Origin: Pseudogymnoascus verrucosus
Taxonomy: Eukaryota
Strand: one strand, 5' to 3'
Assembly (NCBI GenBank): GCA_001662655.1
Contig: KV460224.1
DNA length: 64,000 nucleotides
Of this stretch, positions 42,134 to 54,879 are shown piece by piece. Made by a program: the position numbers and the translations under genes. The stretch's first letter is position 1. Every line of letters starts with the position of its first letter. A model generated the notes under the pieces. That model was not told where the DNA came from, ran no database searches, and worked only from the letters and a program-made list of their open reading frames with translations.

Positions 42134-43097
42134 TCACTTCTTCCTCGCCATCAGCATTATACTCCCCCACTCCATCTCAACCTCGACATCCCTCCAGTTC
42201 TCGCCGGCTTCCTTCCACTTCGGCTCCGCCGCGACCATGGCATCAAACAGGTCATCGACCACATCTCCCTTCCCACCATCCTTCCTCGCCTTCCTATCCG
42301 GATTTGCATCCGCCCAATTGATAAACGCACTAAACGTCCTCGTATACCCTTCCACATCCCTCAGCGTCATCCTCTTCGCCATCACCACCTCCCCCTTCCC
42401 CTTCTGTTTCCCCGTAGTAGCAGGCTCATACTCCCTCCTCTCCACCGCCTCCCACCCCTCAGCCGGCGGCACAATCTCCCTATACAAATCCCTCAACTTA
42501 TTCCTCCCCGGCTGCTCCCAATGCGGCCCCATCATCCCCTCCTCCATCGCATAGCAGTACCTATCCAGAATCGCCGTCGCCCTCGGATGCTCCACAAAGA
42601 TATTATCCTTGTACCCCCAGAACGCCACCGTCCCCTCCTTCCGCACCACGCGACTCAGCTCCGGCCACACCTTCGCAAAGTCAAACCAATGCGCCGCCTG
42701 TCCTGCTATCACAGCATCGACACTCCCACTCGGTATATCGTCGAGGCTCTCCGCAGACGCCTGCCGGAAATCGATGTTGCTGAACTCTGGGCGGTCGACG
42801 ATGGAGGAGCGCGCCTGCGCGATCATGGATGGGGAGGGGTCGGTGGCGACGATGTGCTTGAATGTTGGGGAGAGGCGGCGCGCGATCAGGCCGTGGCCGG
42901 TGCCGAGCTCGAGGAGGGAGGCGGTTGGGCCATGGTGGTAGCGGAGGAGGGTGTTGTAGAAGGTCTGGGAGTAGGTTGGGCGGAAGGAGGCATAGGAGGA
43001 GGCCGAGAAGGAGGATTTACTTGGAGGGGGGGTCAGGATTGTGGACTTGGCTTGGAGGGGAGGAAGGGATGGGTGTTGCGCACGCGAATGTAGCCAT
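42134..43097 (-). CDS. Class I SAM-dependent methyltransferase (trans-aconitate 3-methyltransferase/Crg1-like), 299 aa, 2 exons (43097-43084, 43019-42134)
   Basis: MATFAKSSFSASSYASFRPTY start, motif I LELGTGHG, TDPSPSMI, AGQAAHWFD and a PHWEQPGR motif. Confidence 0.88.
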
Positions 43098-44594
43098 TGT
43101 TGGCTGTTTCCTGTGTAACGTCGGCTATGGCTTGGAAGGACAGCTGGTTCGTCGATAAGCGCGGTCGGAAGTAATTCCCAAAAGCAAGTTCGCTGAGTAC
43201 AAAATAAACAGCGGCGCAATTCAAACTCTTAATTTGATAGTATATGTTAGAGTAACTATGATACAGCTGGTAGACTGTTGGAGAAATATGAGGGGGAGCT
43301 TGTTAGCCTAGGTTCTCCACAAAACCCCACGGATGGACGGATCCATAACGCTGACATCCCCCAACGGACGCTAAACACAGAATTCCGTATTCGACAAGTA
43401 AGAAGTAAATTCAGAAAATTCAGCTTGTGCTCAGTGTCAATTAATATCTGTATATACCACGAGTAACATTGGCGCACATTTATCTATTGCATATCGAGTT
43501 TTACACTTGTCATTGTTGTAAGATAGCATCATATTTTTAGATACAGATCACGTGCAAAGCCATGAGGTAAACAGCATTATAGCGGTGCTAAGACGGAGAG
43601 TATTTAGACCGTACCCTTCTTATTGAACTGCGTTTGGCCTTCATAATCATAACTGAGAGTTCTACGGATCTAATTTCTAACTTATGTGACCCCTACTACC
43701 CCTATTCGCCAAGACCCCCCCTTAGACCTTTATATAAGCCATTTTCGTAACCTTGCCGAGGAGCAGATAATTTGAAAATAAAAGCATCTTTCCTCTTAAA
43801 ATTCATACTATACCTCTATCGCCCAAAGTCCGAGATAGACAGTGAGGAATGACGCTATTTACAGTAATTATAAGTAAAATAATTGCTTTTACTTACGCAA
43901 GCATATAATTATCACATATAATTGCTCCAGAGTATGGTAAAAATAAGAAAATCTACGAATTTAATAGAATAATAAATCCTCGGATATCACAGTGTCAATT
44001 AACACCCTTGGATGGCACCAGTATCATTGGAGGCAATCATATTTAATTGCATGAAATAATTCAACTACATTAATAAATTCTTACTCTCCAGCCGTGTGTC
44101 TGAGAAGCTGCTTCATCAAAACGACGTGGGTCGGTTGTTTAAAGCCACGTGCATATCTACCGGCTGGGCCTGGCCGGATCTGCGACAACAACGTTAATGT
44201 TGACGTCCCCTCACACTCTCATGGCACGAGTCAATAATACAGTTCCTTCCGGAATTACGGTTAATCATTCATAATTTAGAAATAAATATTGGCACGCCAT
44301 GCAACTTTAACTCCATCTCTCCGCCATTTAGTTCTCCCGTCCTGCCAGGGCCTGCATTTCGATTCATGGGTTAATATATTATAGATTGCCATGGGCCCTG
44401 CCTCGGAATCCGGACCATGTCTCCTTCTACGTCCCCCGCAATATCTCTTTCTTTTCTTCGGAACCACGCTGCCGCGAGACCTGTCTCAATGTAAGTGCTA
44501 AAATGACGGCATCACTTAGCTGCTATAAAGGTAAGGGATGCGCCTCACCCTGGCGCCATCCGCATCTCCTTCTTCACCACTAGGTTTTCCTATC

Positions 44595-46613
44595 ATGCGT
44601 TCCTTATCTGCGGTGGCCCTGCTGGCCGCTGCATCGACTACCTCCGCGGCAGTTTTTGAGGCAGAATCTGGGACTCTTGCTGGCGGCGCAGTCATCGCAT
44701 CTGACCTTCCCGGCTTTTCGGGTACTGGATACGTGACAGACTTTATCGATGATACTGCCAAGCTCACCATCAACGTGGGGGGACTCGATGCTGGAGACTA
44801 CGAGGTCAAAGTTCTCTATAATGCTCAGTATGGAGATAAGTTCACAACCCTCACTGTCAATGGGGGCTCTTCAACCGAAGTAGCTCTCCCAAATGTCACG
44901 ACGACGACGTGGCAGACAGCAACAGCAGGAGTGTTCACCTTCACGGCTGGCACGAATACTGTAGCCTTTGCCCGCGATTGGGGTTACTACCTCATCGATG
45001 CCATCACTGTCAACCCCCCGCCCGTAAAGCCTGTCGTTGTCGTCGACGTTACAAAGGGGGCCGTAGCTCAAGCAGAAGATGGAATCCTCAACGGCGTGAC
45101 TGTTGGCAGCTCTGTCGCTGGCTTCTCTGGCACTGGATACGTAGAAGGTTTTGACGCGGATACCGACAAACTCACCTTTTCGCTCCATAGTGACAAACAG
45201 GCTCTGTACGATGTGATCCTAGGCTATGCTGGCATATACGGAGGCAAGCAGACAACCATGTCGGTGAACGGTGCCGGAGGAGGCGAAGTCGTCCTCCTCG
45301 ATACGTCTGCGGCTGCTTCGCCATGGGCCAATGCCACTGCCGGCCAGGTCCTTCTCAACGCTGGGAACAACACCATCTCCTTCTCCAATGACTGGGGATG
45401 GTACCTTCTTGACGCACTCTACGTCTCCCAATCGCCACCACCAGCACCACACCAGGTCACCAAGGTGCTCGTTGCCCCCAACCCCCTCCCAGAGACACAA
45501 AATCTCTACAACACGCTTCTTGCTAAATACGGCTCCGGAACTATCTTCTCCGGCCAAGCCGACACATCCGGCGTTACCTGGCTCGAGCAGAATGTTGGAG
45601 CCACCCCCGCAATCATTGGCCTGGACATGATCGAATACAGTCCCACCCGTGTCGTAAGTTCCGCTCCCAGCAACTCACTCGCAACCCCCGCTAACAGATA
45701 CAGCAATATGGATCTGTCAGCACAGCTGTCGAAGATGCCATTGCATTTGACAAGCGCGGTGGCATCGTCGCCTTCCAATGGCATTGGAACGCCCCTAGGT
45801 ACGGCCCCTTTATCTTCCCTACCATACATAACCTCTAACACTTATAGTGGCCTGATCAACAGTGACACTGTCCCATGGTGGAAGGGCTTCTACAGCTACG
45901 GCACAACCTTCAACCTAACCGCCGCCCTCGCCAACCCCAAAGGCAGCGACTACGCCCTCATCCTCCGCGACCTCGACGCCATCGCGCTCCAACTCCTCCG
46001 CCTCCAAGCCGCCCAAGTCCCCGTCCTCTGGCGCCCCCTCCACGAAGCCGACGGCACCTGGTTCTGGTGGGGTAATTTCGGCCCAGAGAGCAGCAAGGCA
46101 TTGTACAAGCTCATGTACACGCGCTTCACGCAGCACCACAAGCTCCGCAACTTGATTTGGCTGTGGAACTCCGTTACCCCGTCTTGGTACCCTGGTAATG
46201 ACATCGTCGATATCCTCAGCTACGACTCCTACCCCGCAGCCGGCGACCACGGTCCCGTTGGCGTGCAATACCAAGCCCTCCTCGCCCTCGGCGGGAACAA
46301 GAAGATGGTCACCCTCCCAGAAGTAGGATCCATCCCCGACCCAGACATCCTCAAGGCCTACCACGCCGATTGGTCCTACTTCGTGACCTGGAACGACGAG
46401 TACATCAATGCGGACACCTATAACAACCTTGCGTTTAAGAAGAAGGTGTATGCGGACCCAACGGTGTTGAAGCTTAAGGATCTAGGGAACTGGAAGGGCG
46501 TCCAGGTGAAGTATGGACAGTGTGGTGGGAATGGGTACACGGGGCCGACGTTGTGTGTTGTTGGGACGAAGTGTATGAGCATTTCGCCGCCGTGGTACTA
46601 TCAGTGCTTGTAG
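44595..46613 (+). CDS. Secreted GH26 endo-beta-1,4-mannanase with two CBM35-like modules and a C-terminal CBM1, ~639 aa, 3 exons (44595-45653, 45704-45798, 45848-46613)
   Basis: Signal peptide; two EAE.G.L.G...GFSGTGYV...WG(Y/W)YL.D modules; WHWNAP; WRPLHEADGTWFWWG (acid/base Glu); LPEVG (nucleophile); QCGGNGYTGPT.C..G..C....YYQCL (CBM1). Confidence 0.93.
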   Translation: MRSLSAVALLAAASTTSAAVFEAESGTLAGGAVIASDLPGFSGTGYVTDFIDDTAKLTINVGGLDAGDYEVKVLYNAQYGDKFTTLTVNGGSSTEVALPNVTTTTWQTATAGVFTFTAGTNTVAFARDWGYYLIDAITVNPPPVKPVVVVDVTKGAVAQAEDGILNGVTVGSSVAGFSGTGYVEGFDADTDKLTFSLHSDKQALYDVILGYAGIYGGKQTTMSVNGAGGGEVVLLDTSAAASPWANATAGQVLLNAGNNTISFSNDWGWYLLDALYVSQSPPPAPHQVTKVLVAPNPLPETQNLYNTLLAKYGSGTIFSGQADTSGVTWLEQNVGATPAIIGLDMIEYSPTRVVSSAPSNSLATPANRYSNMDLSAQLSKMPLHLTSAVASSPSNGIGTPLGTAPLSSLPYITSNTYSGLINSDTVPWWKGFYSYGTTFNLTAALANPKGSDYALILRDLDAIALQLLRLQAAQVPVLWRPLHEADGTWFWWGNFGPESSKALYKLMYTRFTQHHKLRNLIWLWNSVTPSWYPGNDIVDILSYDSYPAAGDHGPVGVQYQALLALGGNKKMVTLPEVGSIPDPDILKAYHADWSYFVTWNDEYINADTYNNLAFKKKVYADPTVLKLKDLGNWKGVQVKYGQCGGNGYTGPTLCVVGTKCMSISPPWYYQCL

Positions 46614-46858
46614 AGGGTGGTGATGCAGGGAGGGAGAGGGTAGTGATGGATTTGGTATATAGGGGGTATGGGAGATTGTACATAGCATATGTACATACAT
46701 AAGCGGACGGAATTCAAGCTTGCATTGCAAGAACTTGTGCCGTCCAAAAGTTTAAACTATGTGTGATCGAACTCTTTGTCAGGAATCTGCTAGCATCTAG
46801 ACCGCGTTTCCCAAATCTCGAAGGACAACCGCCTGTGCCTTTGATCCATCTTCCTACC

Positions 46859-49800
46859 TTATAGCCCTAACTGCGAGTCCGTAACGAAGTGACCGCCAGC
46901 CGAACACCTGTAGCCGCCATTCTGTTTAATCCATCTGAAGCCGGCAGGACAAATTCCTATAGTCCTCAATTTCTGCTGTGCCTTCGCCTCCTTCCTTCGC
47001 TCTTCTTCCACCGCCTTGCGCTGTCTCTCTAACTCGGCAAAAAGCTCATCTTGAGCACGACGTTCCTTCTCATGCTGAAGACGAGCCTCCTCACGAAGCC
47101 GCTTGGCTTCTTGTAAGATAGACTGGTCTTTATTGTGCTTAATGGCTTGCTGAAAGGCTTGTTCAGACGCGTGCTCTCTCTGCTGGAGAATTTTGGTAGT
47201 ATTTGCTGCATCAGCGCTTGCTTTGATGAGTTTCTCGTATTGCTCTTCCTTCTTCTCGGCTGCTTGTTTGTCACGCTGGAGTTGTTCCCAGACAACGTCG
47301 CTAACGCCAGAGTCACGCTTGGTTTCGTTTGCCGGGGCTGCTAGTGGCACATCCTTTGCTAATTGTTGAGGAGTCTCAGCCTCCGAAGTGTTCATAGCGG
47401 AGCTACTAGAAGCAGATGTCCGAGGAGGTGGGGGTGCCTGGATAGCTTGGATATGAGCCATCATATCACTGTGGAGAGAGTTAGGTCGAATGTTCGTTGC
47501 GTCTTGCCTCTGGTTACGCTCAGAGATCATGGAGTCGAGGACGGTGCGAACATGATCCTCCGTGACGACGGCAATGGTTTCCTTCATAGCACCAGCTTTC
47601 AAAAGCAGGCCAAATATGCCCTTGGCGATTGTTTGCACGTCACGGGCATTGGCCCAATTTGCGATCCTGCTGAGGGTTTCGAATTGGTTTAGTGTTTCCT
47701 GCTTGAAGGCTGGAGCGGGAACCTCCAAGGCTGACAAGTCTAGGTCTTTCTTTTTCTTTCGCATGTCGAGTTGACGGCCTCTTAGCAGCTGAATTAGTAG
47801 GTCGAGGCAGTCAGTAGGCTCTAGTCCACGAAAGATTATGGCTTCTGGAAAGCGACTTGTGAGACCAGGATTTTGCGCCATCAAACGGTTTATATCATCG
47901 TCATAACCAGCTAGAATGACAATAAGCTTTTGAGCATATTTCAACTTCGTCAGGCAATCCACGATTTCATCCATTGCTTCCTTGGCGAATCCATCCCCTG
48001 CAAGGCGATAAGCTTCGTCGATGAAAAGGACTCTGCCTAATGCATTCTCAAGGACCTTTTGTACCTTGGGTCCAGTTTGGCCGACATAGGATCCTACCAG
48101 TTCGGTGGCGGAGCACTCGACAACATCTGCTTTAGCAAGAAATCCCATATCGTAAAAGACTTTGCCCATTTTGCGCGCAGTTGAAGTTTTTCCAGTACCT
48201 GTAATTTGTTAGACGAGTAAATATCTTGCTTGTAGTCCATCCGACTTACCAGGTGGGCCACGGAAAAGAAAGTTGAATGGAATCTCTTCCCTAGGATCCA
48301 TATCCATTGATTTTAGCTCTCGCGCCGCATTTTGGTAGCCTTCGAGCTGAGATATGATGGTCTCACAACCAATTACGCCTTTGAAGAGCAGATGGACATT
48401 TGTATCTGCACGTTCGCCTCGATCGAAGTCTTCGTCAAAGTCAATGGGCTCGAAGCGCGAGCGGTCATCACCACCGTTCCCCTCATTCAGCCTTTGCTGC
48501 TGTCTAGCTTTGGCATGATCAAGGAGAATATCAACTTCACCTGCGTTACCAAAGTTAGGTCGATTGCGAGCCCGTCGTAGCACATCCATCGCAACACGTT
48601 TGCCTAGGTCTGTCGTCTTGAATGCTAATTTCCCAAGCTTGAGGTCAAAGATCTTTGCCATTTCTCCGTCGTCGAAATCTTCAAACACAAATGCGGAGGC
48701 AAGGGGGAATCTCCTACTAAGACCAGGATTGACCTTCTGGAACATCTCTTCCATCTGCTCCTTGTAACCTGCGAGTAAAACACATCGATCATCACCTGGC
48801 ACACTCTGTACCTCGGCCACTATGGTGTCAATCACTGCAGTCTTGTAAGGATCGCTAGTAGAAGATTCACCCAAGGAACCACACAAGCCGTATGCTTCGT
48901 CTATTAGGAGAACTTTGCCTACCGTGGAGGCAAGGATCCCTTTAGTTGTAGACTCGGATGCGCCAAGGACGTTGCCAACGAAGTCGGAAGGGTTCTTTAC
49001 AACAACTGTATGATGTTAACGAAAGTCACCCTTGACTAGTGGTAGACATGATTTTACCTTCGCCATTTGATAGGAACCCAAGATCCGCCAGAACCTGTCC
49101 GTACATCTTCGCAACAGTCGTTTTACCCGTGCCAGGGGATCCAAGGAACACTTTGTTGAGGGAATACTCGATTAGAGGCGCCTCGTCCAGCTCGCGCTGA
49201 TAGTTGAACTGAACGGTGCCGAACAAGGCCTGTATTGTTTTCTTGACAGCTGACAGGCCAATGAGATTCTGAAGCTGTTTCCAAGCCTCGGAGTTGTTCA
49301 GCGCTTCAGTAGGCTCAGGGCCGAGGAGATCAGCACTCGTGAACAAGAAGTCGTCTGGTTTTTTCCCGGCACGCCTCTCTTTCGAGATTCGGACTGCTTG
49401 TCTGCTTGCAATTTTGGAGAGAGTATTTTCCATCTCGCGCGCATTGCCGAACCCCTCTCGTCCTCGTCCTCGACCAACGCGCCGGGCAACAATGCGGGAA
49501 AAGAGACCACCTGGCCCATCTTCGACGTCCATTCTGTTTTCATATCTCTTGTTCATTTTATGGGCCAGTATCTGCAGTAACTCGTCGTCTTCGTAGTCCT
49601 TGAATTGAAATTCGTGCGGAAAGCGACTTGGAAAGCCAGGGTTATGTGCAAAGAATTTTTCCATCTGTTTGTTGTATCCAGCGAGAATGAAGACGACCTT
49701 TCCCGTCAAGTTTTCCACTTCTGCGAGAATGAAGTCAAGAACAGCAGTTCCTCCAAAGTTACCACCAGATGCTAGCTGGTATGCTTCATCAATGAATAAA

Positions 49801-52800
49801 GCACCACCACCATTATTCTGAATATCCTCTAGCTTCTTTATGCAGCCCGGCACTCCTTCATTTGCGAGAGCTGCACCTGTTGTCTCGATAAATTGACTCC
49901 CAGGCAAAGCTCCGACAGAAGTGAGGAACTTGGCATAGAGCCGAGCGACAGTGGTTTTGCCTACGAGTGTCAACAATTGAGCTCGATTATTATTACAGAA
50001 GGGAATAACAATTGCTTACCAGTTCCAGGATTGCCTAACAAAGAGGCCCCGAAGCGTTTGCTCGACATATCGAGACCTTGACGCACAGCAGTATCCACCT
50101 CTAACTTGATAGCAAGGAACTTGTCCTTAACGTCTTCCAAGCCAATCATGCTCATCAAATCATCAAGAGCTTTATTGTCTGCACCTTCGTAGCGTTTGAA
50201 ATGCTCCCACTGCTTTTTTGCTGTTGACCAGTCTTCTTCGTTCTCCACAGCCACTTTCTTGCCCGACGACTTAGACGCAGGAGACGCTTGTGGTTTAGTG
50301 CAGGACTGTCGCTGCTTTTCAAGATTATTTGCTGTTACTTTAAGATTGGCTAGGTCCTGCTTCATTTGCTCAAGTACCCTGGCCGAGTCTTCAGCCTCAC
50401 GGTGATCTTTTAGAATGCGTTTCTGGTGATCAATCTCAGCTTGACTTTCCGCAAGCTGTCGTGCATAAGCAGCCATATTGCTGTCACGTTCGGCATCGAG
50501 TTGTGCATTTCGATTTCGAATTCGTTCTCTCTGTCGATCTTCCTCTGCACAAATCGCGCAAGCCGCCTGAGACTTTGAGCAAGGGCGCTGGGATCTATGC
50601 TTCTGTGAACAGACAAACTGAACCAATGCCTGGCATTCCATCTTGGAGTGATCATACAGTTGATGGCATTTAGAAGGGCAGTAATGAGTGCCACAGCTTA
50701 ATTGTGTTCCGCTTTTTCATATTAGCTAAATAAATCTTGGTGTCGAGCAAGACGAACTTACCATGGCTCCGAACATCCGCCATCAGGACATTCAATGTCA
50801 AAATCTCGAGCTGTCTTCAAAAGGACTTTCTTGTGCGGATGCTGCTGGCACTGGACTGGAAGACCGTCATATAGATGGCCGTTCTCCTTCATGAAGTGCA
50901 GGAACGGCGACCATGCTTGATCTGCATTGCGACTCTTGAGGAAGGTTTGTGCATTGCCAATCATGATGAGTCCGTCACGGGCTCGAGAAAGCAGGACATT
51001 AAGTCGCTCAGGCGAAAACATGAACCCAATGTCGCCTTTTTTGTTGCTACGCGTGAGAGATACAATGACAATTTCACTCTCTTCACCCTGGTAGTTATCT
51101 GATGTAAAAAAAATTAGAAAAGGCCTTGGAACATAACAGCCATTAACATACCGATCGTGGAGATTTTGATAGGGCGTTTGTTGATATTTGCGCTGACCTC
51201 CGAAAGTAAACCTGCTTGAACAAGATCGAAAGAATCGAGATCGTTGAGAACCGGATCGTTCTCTACCATAAGTTGATCACGAAGGAGGCGTAGCTGCCCG
51301 AGATATGGAGTAAGTATGACAAGCTTGTCAGTCCCGTATCCTTGTTGCCCAAGATAGCGGACGCATTTCAACACAAGGTCAACCTCGAATGAATTACTCT
51401 TGCTAGTCTTCGATTCAGGGTCTCGACGGTCTGCAATCTCTTGAGCATCAACCTCTGGATACACGTGGTTGAAGAAGACTACTCGGTCTCGGATCCCACG
51501 CACCGGTGCCCGATTCAGTGTCTTATCAGCATCTTGAAGGCTAGGGTATGTTAAGTGCCTGACTAAAGATGAGATTTCCGGACACATGCGGTGTTGCTTA
51601 GACAACGTGGTATGGGTATAATTTGCGAGCACAAGCCGTTCAAACATGGAACGATTGAGGTCATATCCATCGCCTTTTTCGACACTGATTGCGTAATTGC
51701 TATACTTTGGACGCAACTGTTTGTGATCTCCGATGAGAATGAGCTGCTTAGTATTAGGCGACAGTGCAGTCAGAACGTGGCTTTCCAGAATTTCGCCAGC
51801 TTCCTCAACCAGGACAACTCCTGGTGCGGCATTGCGAAGATCAGAAGCATACTTAGCGGCAGCTGTTGTGGTGCAACCAATGACTCTCATGCTATTAAGA
51901 GTCTGTGCTGTCCTCTCGCCTAGGGCCTGTGCTAAACGCTGCTGATATCTGTTATATCGTGAAAGTAGAGTGGCGACTTTGGACGCTTGTTCGTCTAGCA
52001 GAGCGGTACTCCAACGTTTCAAACGTTCCAGTCTAGAAGTCGCGTCCATGGCCCAAACTTCATTATGTTCTGCAATTTGCTTTTTGAAAATACCAGCATC
52101 CTCACCTCGCGACCATCTGTCATAGAGGTAATCTGGTTTGATTTCCTTTCCACCCTTGCCAACGCGCGTCATTCCATCTTCCTCGTCAGGTACAAGTAGT
52201 GCTGGGTAAAAATGATCATCATCATCGCTGAATTCAAGATAAGCAAGTATGTCCTTCCACGATACTCCAGTCTGGGAATAAGACTTGAGCTCAACTGACA
52301 GCTCAGTCCGGTAGTCCTCGACGAGTTTTTCTAAGTTGTTGACTATCTCCCACCCGGCGCGAGATTTATTATAGCCACCAGTTTTTTGTCTCTCGAACAA
52401 GTTCAAGGGCGCGGTTCGTGGTGTAGATTTCGATCCAAGTCGAACGACACTCTGCGGTGGAATCCCATTGTCAAGAAGGTCCTCAAGAAACTGATCTAGT
52501 GCATGATTGGTATAACTTAGAACAAGAATAGTCTCACTTGTGTGCTCGTACAACGCTTTTGCGATCAAAGCACCAATAAAAGACTTGCCCGTTCCTAGTG
52601 ATGTCAATAGTTGTGATTAAAAGAGCACACAGTTGATGAACTTACCTGGCGGTCCTTGTATCAGACTCACAGACTGTCCCAGTCCAGCGATGAGAGAATC
52701 CATCTGAGATTGATCGAGATCGATAGGTTGGTCTGTTTTAAGCAGGCGTTGGATGACCGAACTGCCCTTAACTCGCAGCTCGTTAACAAATGCGCTGTCA

Positions 52801-54113
52801 ACGGCTAAGGTAGTCTGAGATGCCTCGTCTGGAACTGTCCCTAGGAGAAATTGCGCGAGTGGAATATCTTTCATATCCTGCAGACATCGCAGCACAGGCT
52901 CATAGGCAAAGAACGGAGTGTCAACTTGGATATAGTCAACTGGCGTTGCTCCCTTTAAAGCCAATAAAAGGGTTTTGAAAGCATCGTCTCCGCATATCTT
53001 CAAGGTGATAGCCGGAGGATCTTCAAGCAATCCAGCTTCATCTCTATCCAGGATGGCGAAAGCAACGATCTGGTCTCCTTGTAATAAACAGCCGAACGAT
53101 TGATGTTTGAGGGATCGTGGGTTGTTTTTGAGGTAAGTCTTTCTTTCCAAAGCAGACATCTTTTCAAACTTTTCCATGCCAACCCCGCAGTGTAGCTTCA
53201 AAGCACATTGCTTCCATTTCTTCGGCTCACCACATTCACTTCCAGCAAGACTGAGGCTCTCAAGGATGACGGGAGATCGTCTCCCTTTCTTCTTTCCAGT
53301 CGCGATGCGAACATCGTCCCTCAGCTCAGCAAGCATGTCTTCCCGAAGGAGGCGAAACTGGTTATCCAGGTGAATTCCGACGCGATTTTCAGGCTCAGCT
53401 AGAGGTATTTCTTTGGCCGGTCTGTAGAATGGTTGCGTGTCCGACATGAATTCGTCTGCAGTGGGAAATATTGCTATCTCGCGGTAGTCAACGAAGTCGT
53501 TGTCATGTCGACCTCCTGGTCCAGTATTGTCCGGGTTGGAATGTGCGCTACTTTCTTTAGCTTTTAAGAAGTGCTGAATTTTGTAACCGAGAACGCGAGT
53601 TTCATGGGATGATGATTCTAGAAGAGATCTTGAATTCGTTACAGATTTCGCGGTTTCCATTACTTCGATGTTGTCATTAGAAGGCATCGAGAGAAGCTCC
53701 CAAAGGAGCCAAGCAAAACCATGTGTTGCATTCTCACTGAGAGAGCCATTTTCATGTGAAACAACTAAGGCGTTCCAAAGAGTGGGAGGATCAGCAATGA
53801 TGACAAGGATATCCTGAAGAAACTGGCCGCTAGAAATTTGCTTGATGGCAGGGTCAGAGATATATCCAAGAAATACTGCAATGGATTGGTTGATGTAGTT
53901 TACAGACGTGTCGAGCCTCAGAGCTCGACGAAGTGCGTCAATAGACAGTTGCTTTGCAAAAAGTCTCTCTACACAGGTTACACGGTCTTCTTGTGCGCAT
54001 AGAGCTTCCAAAAATAACTTTGCACGATCAGCATTAGTGATGGAGGACTTCCCAAATGCAATGGATCGAAGGAACTTGTTCAATTGGATCGCTCGATCTC
54101 CGTTGGATGCCAT
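46859..54113 (-). CDS. ZNFX1/Upf1-like SF1 helicase + NF-X1-like Zn finger + coiled coil + three CbbX/SpoVK-type AAA+ ATPase modules + C-terminal Cys/His motif, ~2312 aa, 7 exons (54113-52646, 52594-51152, 51098-50762, 50711-50020, 49960-49058, 49005-48250, 48198-46859)
   Basis: Helicase motifs QGPPGTGKS, VEEAGE, IGDHKQLRP, QHRM, DNYQGEE and RLNVLLSRAR. Zn-finger motif CGTQLSCGTHYCPSKCH. Three AAA+ modules: GNPGTGKT/FIDEAY/NPGFPSRF, GSPGTGKT/LIDEAY/NPGLSRRF and GPPGTGKT/FIDEAY/NPGLTSRF. All six introns are GT-AG and keep the frame. Confidence 0.92.
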
Positions 54114-54879
54114 TAGTATATGGCAAGGAGAAGACGCCGTTTGCCAATAGTGACTTTGAGGGAGCAGTGGAGTCTAAAAACAGTAGTTAGTTAGTGATAA
54201 ATCAGAACATGTTGTAGGTGAATCGTAGCTGAGAAAGTGCTTAACGTACCTCTAGCTAGCAGTAGGGACAAGTCTTCGTGATGCAGCCTCCAAAAATTTC
54301 AAACAAATCTCGATCGACTTGTATATTCCTGGTAGAGAATTGTTTTCCGATATGAGCCTTGTAGACAGGATCGACTAGTGTAAAGGGCAGGTAAATGGGA
54401 TTTCGACACCAAGAAGAGCTCTGTACATTCTACTTCCAGGCAGTCTGTCTAAGCTCCTCACCTGTCAATGACCAAGAATTGTAGCCTAAAAGGAAGTTCT
54501 GTGAACACCAACTATAGTTCTACTTCTCTTCAAAAACGAAAACAAAGAGGATAAAAAAGAAGGAATCCTGGGACCATCGAACAAGGCGCGATGGTTGCCT
54601 TCTTCACGTTACACAGCCGCACTTCTCCACCAATAGGGATCTTTAGCTATCAAAGACAATGCAAGAGACCAAAATCGACGTGCTCTGCAGCCGAGAAGCA
54701 AAGGGATAGACCTACCTCATGTGGTGCCAACAAACCCTACATAAACGCTCATTTCTTGTTTCCGGACCAAGCCGCTGTAGCAGCTGGTTGAAGCCTTTCT
54801 TCCCCGATGATCAAACTTAATCTTGCTTCAGCGCGAACAATATTTGATTCAAAAGTTGGTGAGAGAGAAAATTTACGAG
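54114..54879. promoter_or_regulatory. Probable shared bidirectional promoter region between the helicase-AAA gene and the DXO-like gene
   Basis: 766 bp separate two divergent start codons, with no credible coding sequence in between. Confidence 0.6.

Noticed and set aside
43480..44080. AT/TpA-rich tract, and a similar one at 57130-57370, as possible RIP-degraded transposon remnants
   Set aside because: No terminal repeats, target-site duplication or transposase similarity could be established by eye. A RIP index and repeat-library search would be needed.
44538..44594. Upstream in-frame ATG for the GH26 gene
   Set aside because: The ATG at 44595 directly precedes a typical signal peptide, so it was preferred. 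The upstream start cannot be fully excluded.
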